Positions 38,956-49,815 of a DNA stretch of 64,000 nucleotides are shown piece by piece; position 1 is the stretch's first letter, and every line of letters begins with the position of its first letter. The notes below the pieces were generated by a model. That model was not told the DNA's origin. It saw only the letters and a program-made list of their open reading frames with translations, and did not search any database. The DNA comes from Candidatus Freyarchaeum deiterrae (GTDB lineage Archaea > Asgardarchaeota > Jordiarchaeia > Jordiarchaeales > Jordiarchaeaceae). A program made the position numbers and the translations under genes. The stretch is from contig CP147778.1 in NCBI GenBank assembly GCA_037305845.1, forward strand, positions 2,976,001 to 3,040,000. The letters run 5' to 3'.

Positions 38956-40467
38956 TTGTCTAGAATAATGGAAGCTTTTGATAAAATTGAAGACATTGTG
39001 GGATCTAGATACGTTTCCGATTCAGAACCAGTTTTATATTCTTATTCAAGGAATGCAGATCCCATCCTAAGAGGCAAACCAGATATTGTTGTGAGACCCA
39101 AATCCACAGAAGAAGTTTCACAGATTGTAAAAGTTGCAAACGAAACAAAGACTAAAATAATACCGAGAGGTGGTGGTGCAGATCTAACTGGCGGTGCGAA
39201 ACCCATTGGTGATGGGGGTATAGTAATCGATTTAACGCGAATGAATAAAGTGCTGGATGTTGATCTTGGAGCTAGAATTGTGACGGTAGAATGCGGTATT
39301 TCGTGGTCGGAGTTATGTGATTATCTCCGCAAAATAGAAAATGGTTTATACACCGGCAGCACCGGTCCAGCAAGTGGATTTGGCGCAACAATAGGTGGAG
39401 GTTTATCGAATCATAGTGTTGGTGGCGGCGGTGCGGCGATGTATGGAGCCGTTACAGAGCAGTGCGTGGGTCTTGAAGTTGTTCTACCGACCGGCAAGGT
39501 CATCAATACTGGAGCCAAAGCTAACTCTTTCATGAATCGGGCTTTTTCTCGACTGGGCTTAGGACCAGATTATACGGGACTCTTCCTAGGTGATGTCGGA
39601 ATTCATGGCATTAAAACCAAAGCCTCTCTCAAATTATATCCTCTCCCCGAATATGCCGCGTTTAATACTTTCGATATCGAAACTACAAAAATGAAGCCCT
39701 CAGTTGAAAGAGCTACGGAAGTCATGTTAAAATGGCAACATAAGAACATTAAAATTCACGATTTCTATTTTTACACAGAAACTTATGCCCGCCTTTTAAA
39801 GATGTTTCAAGTTAAAAAAAGCTGGACTACCGCAGATATTAAGGGATCAGTTCTCTTTTATGTAACTGTAGCTGATTCCACGAGAGAGCTAGAAGAAGAT
39901 GTTGAAAAATTAGATAAAATTGCTAAGGAAGCTGAATTGCGAAAATTGGGACCCAGAGTTGAGGATGGAAACATAGCTAAATGGTTCTATGAGGAAGATG
40001 GACGATGGCAGTGGGCAGATATTTACTTCGGGATGCTCGGCCCGGGATCTGGGTCTTTGGGTACTTGTTTAAAAGCGCCCACAGATTTATTGCCCAAATA
40101 TGTTGATTTATATCAACGCTGGGCAACAGCAAATACAAAAGTACTTTCAGAAGTAGGAGGTGGGTCGGCGGATTTCATTGTTTTTGGAGTATACCCTAAT
40201 TATATCGATGTCACAGGCGGAATCTCAATAAAGCCGAGACCTCAGGATTATGAGAAAATTTATCAAATGTGGAAATCATTATTAATTGCTCAGATTAAGG
40301 AACTCGGTGCCATGCATTATTGGATGGGCGAAATTATAGGACATAGCCTCGTTGAATCAGGTGCACTGACACCAGAATATTTGGAATTCATGATAAATAT
40401 CAAAAAGGCCTTAGACCCAAATAAAATCATGAGCCCGGATAAGTTCTATCTCTCAAAACAATATTAA
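38956..40467 (+). CDS. FAD-binding oxidoreductase (GlcD/D-lactate dehydrogenase-like, FAD_binding_4)
   Basis: PDIVVRP, PRGGG, ATIGG, GLEVVLPTG, IKKALDPNKIMSP. Confidence 0.9.
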   Translation: MSRIMEAFDKIEDIVGSRYVSDSEPVLYSYSRNADPILRGKPDIVVRPKSTEEVSQIVKVANETKTKIIPRGGGADLTGGAKPIGDGGIVIDLTRMNKVLDVDLGARIVTVECGISWSELCDYLRKIENGLYTGSTGPASGFGATIGGGLSNHSVGGGGAAMYGAVTEQCVGLEVVLPTGKVINTGAKANSFMNRAFSRLGLGPDYTGLFLGDVGIHGIKTKASLKLYPLPEYAAFNTFDIETTKMKPSVERATEVMLKWQHKNIKIHDFYFYTETYARLLKMFQVKKSWTTADIKGSVLFYVTVADSTRELEEDVEKLDKIAKEAELRKLGPRVEDGNIAKWFYEEDGRWQWADIYFGMLGPGSGSLGTCLKAPTDLLPKYVDLYQRWATANTKVLSEVGGGSADFIVFGVYPNYIDVTGGISIKPRPQDYEKIYQMWKSLLIAQIKELGAMHYWMGEIIGHSLVESGALTPEYLEFMINIKKALDPNKIMSPDKFYLSKQY

Positions 40468-40476
40468 TGTGGTGAA

Positions 40477-41700
40477 TTGCTAATGGATGAATTGAAGAAC
40501 CTTAAGAAAGTTAAGGAAGCCGCTTTATCATGCGTGTCCTGTGGACAATGCCGAAATCCTCTTTGGCCCTCTAAAGGGCGATTCGGAGTTTGCCCTGTCT
40601 ATGAAACCGATTACACTCCTCGATTTGAACCATTTTTTTCACGAGGAAAAAATACCATATTAAAAGGCCTCCTCTGGAATGAATTACCCCTCTCTCGAGA
40701 TTTGGCTGATATTTTTTTCCAATGCACAGGTTGTGGGGCCTGCGAAGAATTTTGCCATAATGCACAGAATCCTAATATTGATTTTGCAACGCACCGATGG
40801 GCGGAAAATGTAAGGGTCTATGAAGCTCTCCGGGCAGATTTAGTTGAAGCGGGCTTTGCGTTAGAAGAACACCAAGAAATGAACGGGGCACTAATAGAGT
40901 TGGACAACCCATATGGCCGAGAAAGATCAGCGAAATTAGACTGGACAAAAGATCTGGATTTTGAAGTTAAAGATGCCTCAAAGAGTCCTGTAGAATACTT
41001 GTATTACGTCGGATGTACATCAGCACTTAGTTCATCGACTCAAATCGTTGCGAAAGCAACGGCGAAAATATTACATAAACTCGGTGTTGACTTTGGAATT
41101 CTTGGAGACATGGAGGTCTGTTGTGGAAGTGTCGCAAAACGGACCGGAAATCTGCAAGCATTTGACCATATCGTTGAAAAAAATGTTAAAATGCTACAAG
41201 ATTTAGGAATTAAGAAAATAATCACCAGTTGTGCAGGATGCTATCGTACCTTTACCAATGATTATAAAAATGAAATAAAGGGTATAGATGTCATCCATAC
41301 TTCAGAATTTATAACCACTTTCCTTAAAGACAAATCTACTAAATTGAAAAAATTAGACATTATCACCACCTATCACGACCCCTGTCATTTAGGTAGACAT
41401 TGCGGCTTTTATGACCCGCCTCGCGAATTACTGAAACAAATTTCGAATTTTCATGAAATGAAACGTATTCGAGAAAATGCAATGTGCTGTGGTGCAGGTG
41501 GGGGCGTTAAGAAGGCTTTTCCTGAATTAGCTTTGGAGATGGCTGAAAATCGAATTAAAGAAGCGGAGCAGACGCAAGCAACTTATTTAATTAGTACATG
41601 CCCATTCTGTCACAGGAATTTACTGGATAGTATCCAAGCTCTAAAATCTAAGTTAGAAATGCATGATTTATCCGAATTAATCCTTCAATCTTTGGAATAA
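40477..41700 (+). CDS. Fe-S oxidoreductase with two CCG domains (GlcF/HdrD-like)
   Basis: CVSCGQC, CTGCGACEEFC, two CCG motifs, YHDPCHLGR, CPFC. Confidence 0.92.
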   Translation: MLMDELKNLKKVKEAALSCVSCGQCRNPLWPSKGRFGVCPVYETDYTPRFEPFFSRGKNTILKGLLWNELPLSRDLADIFFQCTGCGACEEFCHNAQNPNIDFATHRWAENVRVYEALRADLVEAGFALEEHQEMNGALIELDNPYGRERSAKLDWTKDLDFEVKDASKSPVEYLYYVGCTSALSSSTQIVAKATAKILHKLGVDFGILGDMEVCCGSVAKRTGNLQAFDHIVEKNVKMLQDLGIKKIITSCAGCYRTFTNDYKNEIKGIDVIHTSEFITTFLKDKSTKLKKLDIITTYHDPCHLGRHCGFYDPPRELLKQISNFHEMKRIRENAMCCGAGGGVKKAFPELALEMAENRIKEAEQTQATYLISTCPFCHRNLLDSIQALKSKLEMHDLSELILQSLE

Positions 41701-41846
41701 TCTAAAAATCCCAAGAAATTTTTTAAAAACTTCTAGAAGAAATAGAAAATGAAGAAATCAATGAAAAGAGAACAGCTAAATAGGTTTTAGAATTTTTTAC
41801 GTTTTTTAAAAAAAATTGGGAGAATGTTTGTTAGTCTGAGGATTTT

Positions 41847-42062
41847 CTATTCTTGTTCTCCTCGTTCTATTTCGAAAATTATTTTTATTCTGGTTCGGAA
41901 GGCTACTACTTTGTCGTCCTCTATTTTTGCGTCAAATTCCTCTATCGAAACTCTTGTAATATTTCGTATAGTTTTCGCCGCCTCATTCACGGCGTTTTTC
42001 GTGGCATCCTCCCACGATTTGTCGGATATTCCTACGATTTCAACTAGTTTCCATACTGGCAT
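41847..42062 (-). CDS. Dodecin family flavin-binding protein
   Basis: VWKLVEIVGISDKSWEDATKNAVNEAAKTIRNI. Confidence 0.9.
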   Translation of the reverse strand: MPVWKLVEIVGISDKSWEDATKNAVNEAAKTIRNITRVSIEEFDAKIEDDKVVAFRTRIKIIFEIERGEQE

Positions 42063-42298
42063 TCTTCACACCTCATCCACTAAAATTATATTATTAAAAC
42101 TCTATAAAATATTTATATATTATTATAGACTACCTACAATTATATTAAGTTTTCCTTAAACGGAATTAAACCCAAGGTAGTCCACAATAAACTAACTATC
42201 CACTATCTATCAAAGTGTAAATTGGGAAAGACAAAAATATGAGACAAGTTTTATTTTAGTTTCGATTAGTTTGATCTGCTTATTGAGGGCGATGTTGC

Positions 42299-43132
42299 TT
42301 GTTCGATGTAGGGCTGATTTCCGAGATTGAAAATATAGGCGGGATTAAAGTTTCCGAGGGAAATTTGAGGTGGATACTGTTTACCGAGAGCCCACATCAG
42401 AGAATACTGATAGATAAGAGGGTACTATCTAAATTCCGTCATATGCAAATGGAGGAGGAAAATCATTACGCTTACATCAAGATAGGGAGTCTAGGACCTA
42501 GAGAAAAATTCGTCTCGAGAATAGATTTTAAGGCTGTCACTCGGGATATGCAGTTCAGAATTGCAGAATTTAACGCCCAAGATTATGCTGGAAGCCTGAT
42601 ACAAGAATACTGCAAGCCCAAAAAGTACTGGGAAACAAGAGACAAAATCATCACCTCTCTGGCCGAACAGATATTATCCACCAGCCCTAATATGATTAGC
42701 CTTCTTGTAAATATTTTCAAGTTGGTTCAGGACAGAATAAGTTTCAGAGAAAATCAGAAGGAAAGACTAGGAGCCGTAACCGCGTTCAAAACAAGGGTGG
42801 GCGACTGCGACGAATTCTCAGACCTTTTCATAACTCTCTGCAGAGCCTGCAGAATCCCCGCGAGAAGAGTCATAGGTTTAGTCGCTAAAAACGGAAACAA
42901 ATTCGAAAACCACGCCTGGGCAGAAGCCTACATACCCCAAACGGGCTGGGTTCCCTTCGACGCAGCACTTAACCTTTTTGCCGCCATAAGCAGCCGACAC
43001 ATCGCCAGATGCAAGATGGGAAAACAGTCTGACTACCCCACCATAAAACTCTCCTGGAAGGCACACAAAAAAACAGAAAAAAAACCCGTAAAAATAAATG
43101 AAAATGATGTGGAATACGTGAAACAAATTTAA
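42299..43132 (+). CDS. Transglutaminase-like domain protein
   Basis: GDCDEFS...LCRACRIPARRV.G...HAWAE...WVPFD catalytic triad. Confidence 0.9.
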   Translation: MFDVGLISEIENIGGIKVSEGNLRWILFTESPHQRILIDKRVLSKFRHMQMEEENHYAYIKIGSLGPREKFVSRIDFKAVTRDMQFRIAEFNAQDYAGSLIQEYCKPKKYWETRDKIITSLAEQILSTSPNMISLLVNIFKLVQDRISFRENQKERLGAVTAFKTRVGDCDEFSDLFITLCRACRIPARRVIGLVAKNGNKFENHAWAEAYIPQTGWVPFDAALNLFAAISSRHIARCKMGKQSDYPTIKLSWKAHKKTEKKPVKINENDVEYVKQI

Positions 43133-43274
43133 CCCTAATCAACTTTCTAAACGATTTAAACATCTCAATGGATGAGTTTGCAAGATAACTTTTAATTTTA
43201 AGGCTTGCCTTAATTAACACACCGAGTATTTCTATTAGATTGGGTTTGTTTGGGTGGTTTGTTAGGTGAGTTAA

Positions 43275-44576
43275 TTGAGTATAGTCGATGACGTTTTGAA
43301 GGAAGTTGATTCAAGAAAAAACGAGGTCATCGAACTCGTTCAAGAATTAATCAGGCACAAGACTGTAAATCCTCCGGGGGACACAAGCGAGATTGCGGGT
43401 TTCATTAAGGACTACCTTTCTGAACGGGGTCTAAAGATAAACGTTTACGAGTCGGAAAAAGGAAAAGTGAGCGTAGTAGCAACCCTGAAAGGAAGGGGTA
43501 AAAAGAAGCTTATATGGGATGGTCACGTCGATGTGGTGCCTATAGCTAAACCCGATGCTTGGACTGTTGACCCCTGGGAGGGTAAAATAGTTGATTCACG
43601 AATCGTGGGCAGAGGAGCCGCCGACATGAAGGGAAACGTCGGGGCCGCCATGGTAGCCGCTGCAATTCTGGCTGAGAAGGATTTAAGTCTTAGGGGGGAC
43701 CTTGTGCTGGCTATTGTTCCAGATGAAGAGACTGGTGGATTTCTCGGTACTGGTTACCTAGTTGATAAAGGGGTGTTGCAGGGGGACGCTTGTATAGTAG
43801 GAGAATTTTCCCCCTTTAATACGCTGTGTGTGGGAGAGAAGGGTATTTTGTGGATGAAGGTGAAGGCGAGCGGAATTCCGGCTCATGCGAGTATGAAAAT
43901 CCTAGGCGTTAATGCCATAGATATGCTTTTCAACTTCTTAGTGGAGCTTTATAAAATTGAGGCGATTGATAGAAAGCTTTCCGAAGAGGTCAATGGAATA
44001 ATCGATATGATTCAACCATCCCTGAAGCGGCTGGAAAGCCTAGGAATCCCCAAGGAGGTATTTAACAATCTGTTTAAAAGATTGTCCGTGAGTGTGGGAA
44101 CAATTAGAGGGGGGGAAAAAGTCAACATTATACCCGCCAACGCGGAAGCAGAAGTGGATATAAGAATTCTTCCGGGAATGGACCACAACCTCGTTTTGGA
44201 GGAAATGGATCAAATCCGAATCCGTTATAATAACCTTTTGAAGGAAAAATATCCCAACCTAAAGGCTTTAGGAATAGATGGAATAACAATGGAGGAAACA
44301 CTCAGATTTGACGCCTCCTACCAAAAACTCGATGTACCACTAGTGCCACTAATAAAAAAGCAAATACAAAAAGTAACCAGCAAAGAACCGTTACTATTCA
44401 TACAACCCGGAGGCACCGATGCCCGATTTTTCCGTGCCAAAGGCATCCCAACAGTTGTCTATGGAGCAGGCTCGGAAACCGCTCATGCAGTAAACGAATA
44501 CATCAACACAGATAATCTGATTGAAGTCACAAAAATTTACTCGCTGACTGCAATAGATTTCCTGAATACAACATAG
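43275..44576 (+). CDS. M20 family ArgE/DapE-like deacylase
   Basis: GHVDVVP, GRGAADMKG, DEE, GGTD, AH-x2-NE. Confidence 0.93.
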   Translation: MSIVDDVLKEVDSRKNEVIELVQELIRHKTVNPPGDTSEIAGFIKDYLSERGLKINVYESEKGKVSVVATLKGRGKKKLIWDGHVDVVPIAKPDAWTVDPWEGKIVDSRIVGRGAADMKGNVGAAMVAAAILAEKDLSLRGDLVLAIVPDEETGGFLGTGYLVDKGVLQGDACIVGEFSPFNTLCVGEKGILWMKVKASGIPAHASMKILGVNAIDMLFNFLVELYKIEAIDRKLSEEVNGIIDMIQPSLKRLESLGIPKEVFNNLFKRLSVSVGTIRGGEKVNIIPANAEAEVDIRILPGMDHNLVLEEMDQIRIRYNNLLKEKYPNLKALGIDGITMEETLRFDASYQKLDVPLVPLIKKQIQKVTSKEPLLFIQPGGTDARFFRAKGIPTVVYGAGSETAHAVNEYINTDNLIEVTKIYSLTAIDFLNTT

Positions 44577-44887
44577 AGTACATGTTACTCTATGGAAACT
44601 CGAGTTTTTAATACTCTTTGAAGTCCTCTGCAACATCCTTTCTCATAATGCTCAAGTTTTTGAGCAGATAACCGGACCTTAATCAAGTTAACTATCGAAC
44701 CCTGAAGGGAAGAGCTTGAAGGAACCCAGTTTTTTAGAAGATATGAACTTGCTGGGCTGCTGAGATTTAGGTTGAAAAACGGTGTCACCCAAGTAACCAA
44801 TTACTTTAAGTATGAAAAAACGGTTTTTACTATACAAAAAAGTTCAAATATAACATAGGCTTTAAAAAAATATAAAGGGCGTAGTAT

Positions 44888-45646
44888 ATGGAGGCCAGCC
44901 TTAGAGAAATCGCCGAAACTCTCAAGAAGTTTACAATTAAGAAATGTTCTGCAGCGTTTCTAGATGATTCTGGTAATCTACTCTATTCTTGTCTTACAGC
45001 GGAACTGGAAGGTTCCATCAAGAAGTTGAGCGGCGTTTTTCCAGTTTGGAACATAGGAGACTACCAGCTTAAAAAACTACCAAAAGGCAACGTACTGATC
45101 TACAAGGTTTCACCACACATTATCCTAGCGCTAGAAAGCTACGAGAATGAAGGAGCCCTAATCGTAATCGGTAAACGTTTAGAGGAAAATTATGGAGAAC
45201 GGTTTAAAAGCTTGGAAAGCCAGCTTCCCGCCGCACCGGCAAAGGCAGGGGGCGTGGTATCTTCAGAAAAGTCAAATCTCGGGCTGGTGCAAGAAGACCC
45301 CGCCACTGTAGAATTTGATCTATTTGAATCACTTCTAAAAGATACGGCCCCAAAGGAAATCAGGAGAGAGACTGTCAAAGAATCACCTGTGAAGTCCCCA
45401 TCAGCAGGAAATGGTGAGGAAATTATGACGGTGAGCTTCCCCGTCCTAGCTGACAGAAACATTCTAAAAAAGGTAAAAGAGCCTAACATAAACGCCATTC
45501 TTAACCTTTGTGACGGCCATCATACCATTGATGACATTTGTGAGGAACTCAGTATACCCAAAGCTCGGATAATGATAATTACTGGAGATTATAGCGCAAA
45601 GGGAGCGCTAAAGTACATCTCAGGGATAAGAACGACAAAGAGGTGA
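44888..45646 (+). CDS. Roadblock/longin-like N-domain, linker and C-terminal winged helix
   Basis: SAAFLDDSGNLLYS...IGDY...VLIYKVS..IILAL; C-terminal FPVL...ILNLCDGHHTIDDICEEL. Confidence 0.7.
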   Translation: MEASLREIAETLKKFTIKKCSAAFLDDSGNLLYSCLTAELEGSIKKLSGVFPVWNIGDYQLKKLPKGNVLIYKVSPHIILALESYENEGALIVIGKRLEENYGERFKSLESQLPAAPAKAGGVVSSEKSNLGLVQEDPATVEFDLFESLLKDTAPKEIRRETVKESPVKSPSAGNGEEIMTVSFPVLADRNILKKVKEPNINAILNLCDGHHTIDDICEELSIPKARIMIITGDYSAKGALKYISGIRTTKR

Positions 45647-46230
45647 AACTTTTGGGAGTAAAAGGCACACTAGCATGGAGAATTAAAGCCGAAAAAATAA
45701 ATGTAATGATTGTGAGAGCCGTATTGATCGCGGTGGCGGCTAAACTTATTAAAATATATGGCGACCCTGCTGTAGCTAACCAGGAAGGTAAAAACATAGG
45801 GAGAAGTATGGGAGAGTTCATTTTCACACAATATTTATCAGGGACTCAGAAACCCGCAAAAAGCATAGAGGAGCTAGCTGACCCCAAGTCAGCTTACAAT
45901 CTCGGCTTCAAATTCTTTACCGGAGTAACCTTCGATAAAATTGAATTGAAGAAAAACGTGAATGATGTCTACATAACTTACACAATAGCGGATTGTCCAC
46001 TATGCCGAGGCTTGGTTTCTCCGTCGCCACAAGTATTCCTGTGTAATGTTATGGCTGGTATCTTCGAATGGATAGAAGAGCAGAGATTAAATGAGTGGAA
46101 TGCGGAATCAATTAAATGTGATGAAGTTAAGTGTCGAGCTCGAGGAGACCCCGTCTGCCAGTTTGTCTTCCATTTCCGGTTAAAGGAACAAGAATTCTTT
46201 GGAGAAAAGGAATCAAAATTCTTTGAATAG
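45643..46230 (+). CDS. V4R / TRAPP-Bet3-like domain protein
   Basis: GK-x-IG, CPLC, LC-x2-MAG-x-FE, EVKC-x2-RGD-x2-C-x-F; overlaps the upstream gene by GTGA. Confidence 0.82.
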   Translation: MKLLGVKGTLAWRIKAEKINVMIVRAVLIAVAAKLIKIYGDPAVANQEGKNIGRSMGEFIFTQYLSGTQKPAKSIEELADPKSAYNLGFKFFTGVTFDKIELKKNVNDVYITYTIADCPLCRGLVSPSPQVFLCNVMAGIFEWIEEQRLNEWNAESIKCDEVKCRARGDPVCQFVFHFRLKEQEFFGEKESKFFE

Positions 46231-46357
46231 TAGCTCAAGGTTTCTTTAGTAATGGAGGATTTATTTTTCCATCAAAGTAATTATAAACGGTGTCGTATAA
46301 CAGGCTGTCGAAATAACAACAAACTTGTTATATTTTTCTAAGATTATCGTAATGAGT

Positions 46358-46597
46358 CTACATCCTCAACTTTTCCAGTGCTTCCTGAATGGTTAATTTT
46401 TCTAGTTTTTTTGCTTTTTTGTAATGCTCTCCGCAGAACCAATCTGCATAGGGCGGATGGCCGGTCATCCCTGGTTTTTTCATTTTTTCATCCCATTCAA
46501 GGTCACTCGCTATTTTCTTAAAATAGACTAGACCACCTTCTTTCTGGGGGTCGAATCTCTTAAGGCATATGCGACAAATTGGAGGTTTCATAAACAC
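46358..46597 (-). CDS. Small putative zinc-binding protein
   Basis: PPICRIC...GHPP...WFCGEH. Confidence 0.7.
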   Translation of the reverse strand: MFMKPPICRICLKRFDPQKEGGLVYFKKIASDLEWDEKMKKPGMTGHPPYADWFCGEHYKKAKKLEKLTIQEALEKLRM

Positions 46598-46932
46598 ACC
46601 TTTTTGAAAAGTATTTTTTACTTCAAACTCAAGATATAGTTTTTAAATAAATATTCTCTTCTTTTGGGAAAAGTGAGGGGGCATGTCAGTCTAGAGAACA
46701 CCTTACACTTTAATTTTTGATTTTCTAATTCAAGGAGCGTCTATCAATTTTTGGTTCAAAGAATTTATTTAAATTACGTTGTTATCAGGTCAGGCCATAG
46801 TTTTTCTAGAGAGAATATTTGCCTGTTAGCTGTGTATAAATCAGGTTTTTAAGATAGTAATAGTTTAAGTTCAGATATGTGGTTTGTTTTCCGTCTAACA
46901 TGGGTTGACTATATTGCACGTAGTATAGGTGG

Positions 46933-48066
46933 GTGTTATTGATGTTTGCGGATGTTTTGGATCGGCTTATTGACGATTTGGACAGGTATGTTGGTGAAAC
47001 TGATTTGGGGGATCCATTCTTTCCCGGTTCGGGATACAAGGCTTATCCCTTCAGTGTGGAGAACTTTAGAGAGGTAAAATCAGTTGAAACCGGTCGTAAA
47101 ATAGCTTTTGTTGATGGAGGAAATCAGGAGGTAGTGGGGGCTCCAAATTTTTCTGTGCAGATCAACCGCGTATTCTTCAACATTTTCCAAGACAAGGAGC
47201 GGATTTTGGAGAGGGAGATTCCCCGGCGGATAGAATTCTTCTCAGTCACCTTCTCAAGATTTAGACATGAAGAAATATTTTATGACACCTCCATTTTTCC
47301 GGTAAGCGAAGAATTTGAAAGCTTTCTACCGGACGTAAAGGATCTCTCATTTAGCTCAATGGATCGCAGCGTAATGCAGGGGAATCTCAGGGCTGATATA
47401 TCGCTGGTTTCATCTATTTCGAGAAGATTTGCGGAGTGGGAACTCTCCAAACACGTCATAGGAAATGAGCTCAAGGAAAAAGACGTACTCGTATTGGACG
47501 GCAGTCTTCAAACCGCTTTCACCAATGAGTCAAAGTACTCCAATGCGGTCTACGAACTAGCGAAGAAGAAGAACATCATTGTCTCGGGCTTAACCAAGAC
47601 TTGTGGGTTATTTACCACTACTGGCTTATCGCTTCTGGGAGCCGCGAGAAAATTCGCAAACAATAACAACATAAGTTACCCCATGTGGTACTACTATCCG
47701 GTAGCGGAAGCCTTCAGCCCCATCCACGAAGCGGTAATCCTCCTAGTAAAACTGAACCCCGTGACCGAACGCATATTCCGATTCGAAATATACCGCGACC
47801 AAGCAAAAAAACTAGGCACAAACGAAATAGACGAAATAATAACTTCCCTCTCTAACAATTCGGCGGACATAACATTCCCCGGCTACCCTTACGGACTCAT
47901 AGATGCAGATTCCAACGCCCGAGTAAGATTCGATGAGATGCAGAGATACAAATACGCACTACTCTCTGCAATGTCCAAAAAAGGAATATGGAAAAAATTA
48001 GCCAAGCACATCCAAGCCAAAGATGCACACGCCAAACTGAACGAGATAACCCGATGGGAAAGCTAA
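46933..48066 (+). CDS. nurA: DNA double-strand break repair nuclease NurA
   Basis: IAFVDGG, RRFAE, VLDGSL, GLTKT, PGYPYGLIDAD, H near the C-terminus; lies near herA/mre11/rad50. Confidence 0.92.
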   Translation: MLLMFADVLDRLIDDLDRYVGETDLGDPFFPGSGYKAYPFSVENFREVKSVETGRKIAFVDGGNQEVVGAPNFSVQINRVFFNIFQDKERILEREIPRRIEFFSVTFSRFRHEEIFYDTSIFPVSEEFESFLPDVKDLSFSSMDRSVMQGNLRADISLVSSISRRFAEWELSKHVIGNELKEKDVLVLDGSLQTAFTNESKYSNAVYELAKKKNIIVSGLTKTCGLFTTTGLSLLGAARKFANNNNISYPMWYYYPVAEAFSPIHEAVILLVKLNPVTERIFRFEIYRDQAKKLGTNEIDEIITSLSNNSADITFPGYPYGLIDADSNARVRFDEMQRYKYALLSAMSKKGIWKKLAKHIQAKDAHAKLNEITRWES

Positions 48067-48112
48067 ACACTTTACCGTAAAGCAAATAATAAAAAAGAGA
48101 GCAACCTGCTAA

Positions 48113-48241
48113 TCACTTCTTCCTCTTTGTCTTCTTCTTTTTCTTTTTTGAGCCTGATTTAGGCTTCCTCTTCTTCCTTTTCTTTCCAGATAACCTATCC
48201 ATACGCTTCTCAGTTCTCGCGCCTACCACTCTTTTACCCAA
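48113..48241 (-). CDS. Unannotated 42-aa extremely basic protein
   Basis: TTG start after AAGGGTGA RBS: MGKRVVGARTEKRMDRLSGKKRKKRKPKSGSKKKKKKTKRKK; upstream AATATAAA and downstream T-tract on the minus strand. Confidence 0.7.
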   Translation of the reverse strand: MGKRVVGARTEKRMDRLSGKKRKKRKPKSGSKKKKKKTKRKK

Positions 48242-48474
48242 AAGCTTCACCCTTGGCTTAATGCAAAGTTTTTTTAGTTTATATTCTCTTAACCCACTAA
48301 AATATTTGGACTAAAAACACACTATACATTGAAAGGATGTTAAGAAATATTGTTGTCTTTGCTGGAATTCCGTTTTCATCGCTGCTGGTTATGAACTTGG
48401 AACCTATGATTAACTTCATCTTACAGCTATAAGTTTTCTTCTAAATCTCTCTCTGGTAGCATACTTCGAAACTT

Positions 48475-49815
48475 CTATTTAGTAGTTTTGCCGCGCTTGC
48501 GCCCCTTTATCTTTCCAAGGGCCTCTTCTGCATTCCGTCGAACAGCCGTATCTTCATCTCGTTGTGCTTGTGTTAGTGGTTCTACTGCTTTTGCGTCCCC
48601 TATTCTTCCCAGGGCCTCTGCTGCGTTCCGTCGAACATCTACATCTTCATCATGTAGTGATTTTATCAGTGGCTTTACCGCTTTGGCGTTCCCTATCTCC
48701 CCGAGGGCCTCTGCTGCTCCCCTCCGAATAACCTCACTCTTATCACCCAGTGATTGTATTAGTGATTCTAACGCTGTTTCCCCCATCTTCACAAGAGCCT
48801 CAAGCGCATTACCTTGAACATCTTCGTCTTTTAGTGCTTGTGCTAGTGGTTCTACTGCTTTTGCGTCCCCTATTCTTCCCAGGGCCTCTGCTGCGTTCCG
48901 TCGAACCTCTTTATCTTCATTTTCGTCTTTTAGTGCTTGTGCTAGTGGTTCTACTGCTTTTGCGTCCTTTATCTCTCCCAGAGACTTCGCTGTTTCCCGT
49001 CGAACCTCTTTATCTTCGTCTTTTAGTGCTTGTATTAGTGGTTCTACTGCTTTTGCGTCCCCTATTCTTCCCAGAGTCTTCACTGCTTGTCTTCTAACCT
49101 CTTTATCTTCGTCTTTTAGTGTTTGTGTAAGAGGTTTTATTGCGGGTTCCCCTAATTTCGCTAGATCGTCCCACTCTCCCTTTGCAGTTAGGTAATAGGC
49201 CTTCTCTACATCGTTCTCAGGACTCCAGTCCAGTTTGTCAAGAACCTCTGCTACCTTCAACCGAAGAGTCGCACTATCGTCTTCAAATGCTCGTATTAGT
49301 GGTTTTGTCGATATTGCCCCCCCCATTTTCACAAGAGCTTCAAATGCACCCTTTCGAACACTTTCATCTTTATCCTTTAATTTCTGTGTTAGTGGTTCTA
49401 CTGCTTTTGCGTCCCCTATTCTTCCCAGGGCCTCTGCTGCTTCCCGCCGAACATACCCACTCTTATCATCTAGTGCTTGTATTAGTGGTTCTACTGCTTT
49501 TGCGTCCTTTATCTCTCCCAGGGACTCCGCTGCTTCCCGTCGAACATTTTCATCTTCGTCTTTTAGTGCTTGTATTAGTGGTTCTACTGCTTTTGCGTCT
49601 CCTATTCCTCCCAGAGCCCCTGCTGCATTCCATCTAACAATTTTATTTTCGTCTTTTAGTGCTTGTATTAGTGGTTCTACTGCTTTTGCGTCCCCTATTT
49701 TTCCCAGGGCCTCTGCGGCTTCCCATCGAACACTTGTGTCTTCATTATTTAAGGCCTTTATTAAACCTACTACGTCTTTCCCTTTTTCCAACTTTAATAT
49801 ATTCGGCTTTTCCAC
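48475..49815 (-). CDS. HEAT/PBS-lyase repeat protein
   Basis: Many 31-aa units [27 protein letters not shown]. Confidence 0.93.
   Translation of the reverse strand: MEKPNILKLEKGKDVVGLIKALNNEDTSVRWEAAEALGKIGDAKAVEPLIQALKDENKIVRWNAAGALGGIGDAKAVEPLIQALKDEDENVRREAAESLGEIKDAKAVEPLIQALDDKSGYVRREAAEALGRIGDAKAVEPLTQKLKDKDESVRKGAFEALVKMGGAISTKPLIRAFEDDSATLRLKVAEVLDKLDWSPENDVEKAYYLTAKGEWDDLAKLGEPAIKPLTQTLKDEDKEVRRQAVKTLGRIGDAKAVEPLIQALKDEDKEVRRETAKSLGEIKDAKAVEPLAQALKDENEDKEVRRNAAEALGRIGDAKAVEPLAQALKDEDVQGNALEALVKMGETALESLIQSLGDKSEVIRRGAAEALGEIGNAKAVKPLIKSLHDEDVDVRRNAAEALGRIGDAKAVEPLTQAQRDEDTAVRRNAEEALGKIKGRKRGKTTK

Noticed and set aside
44585-44800. 71-aa minus-strand ORF and a 12-nt palindrome aaactcgagttt
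   Set aside because: No motif or RBS; a palindrome of this length is expected by chance.
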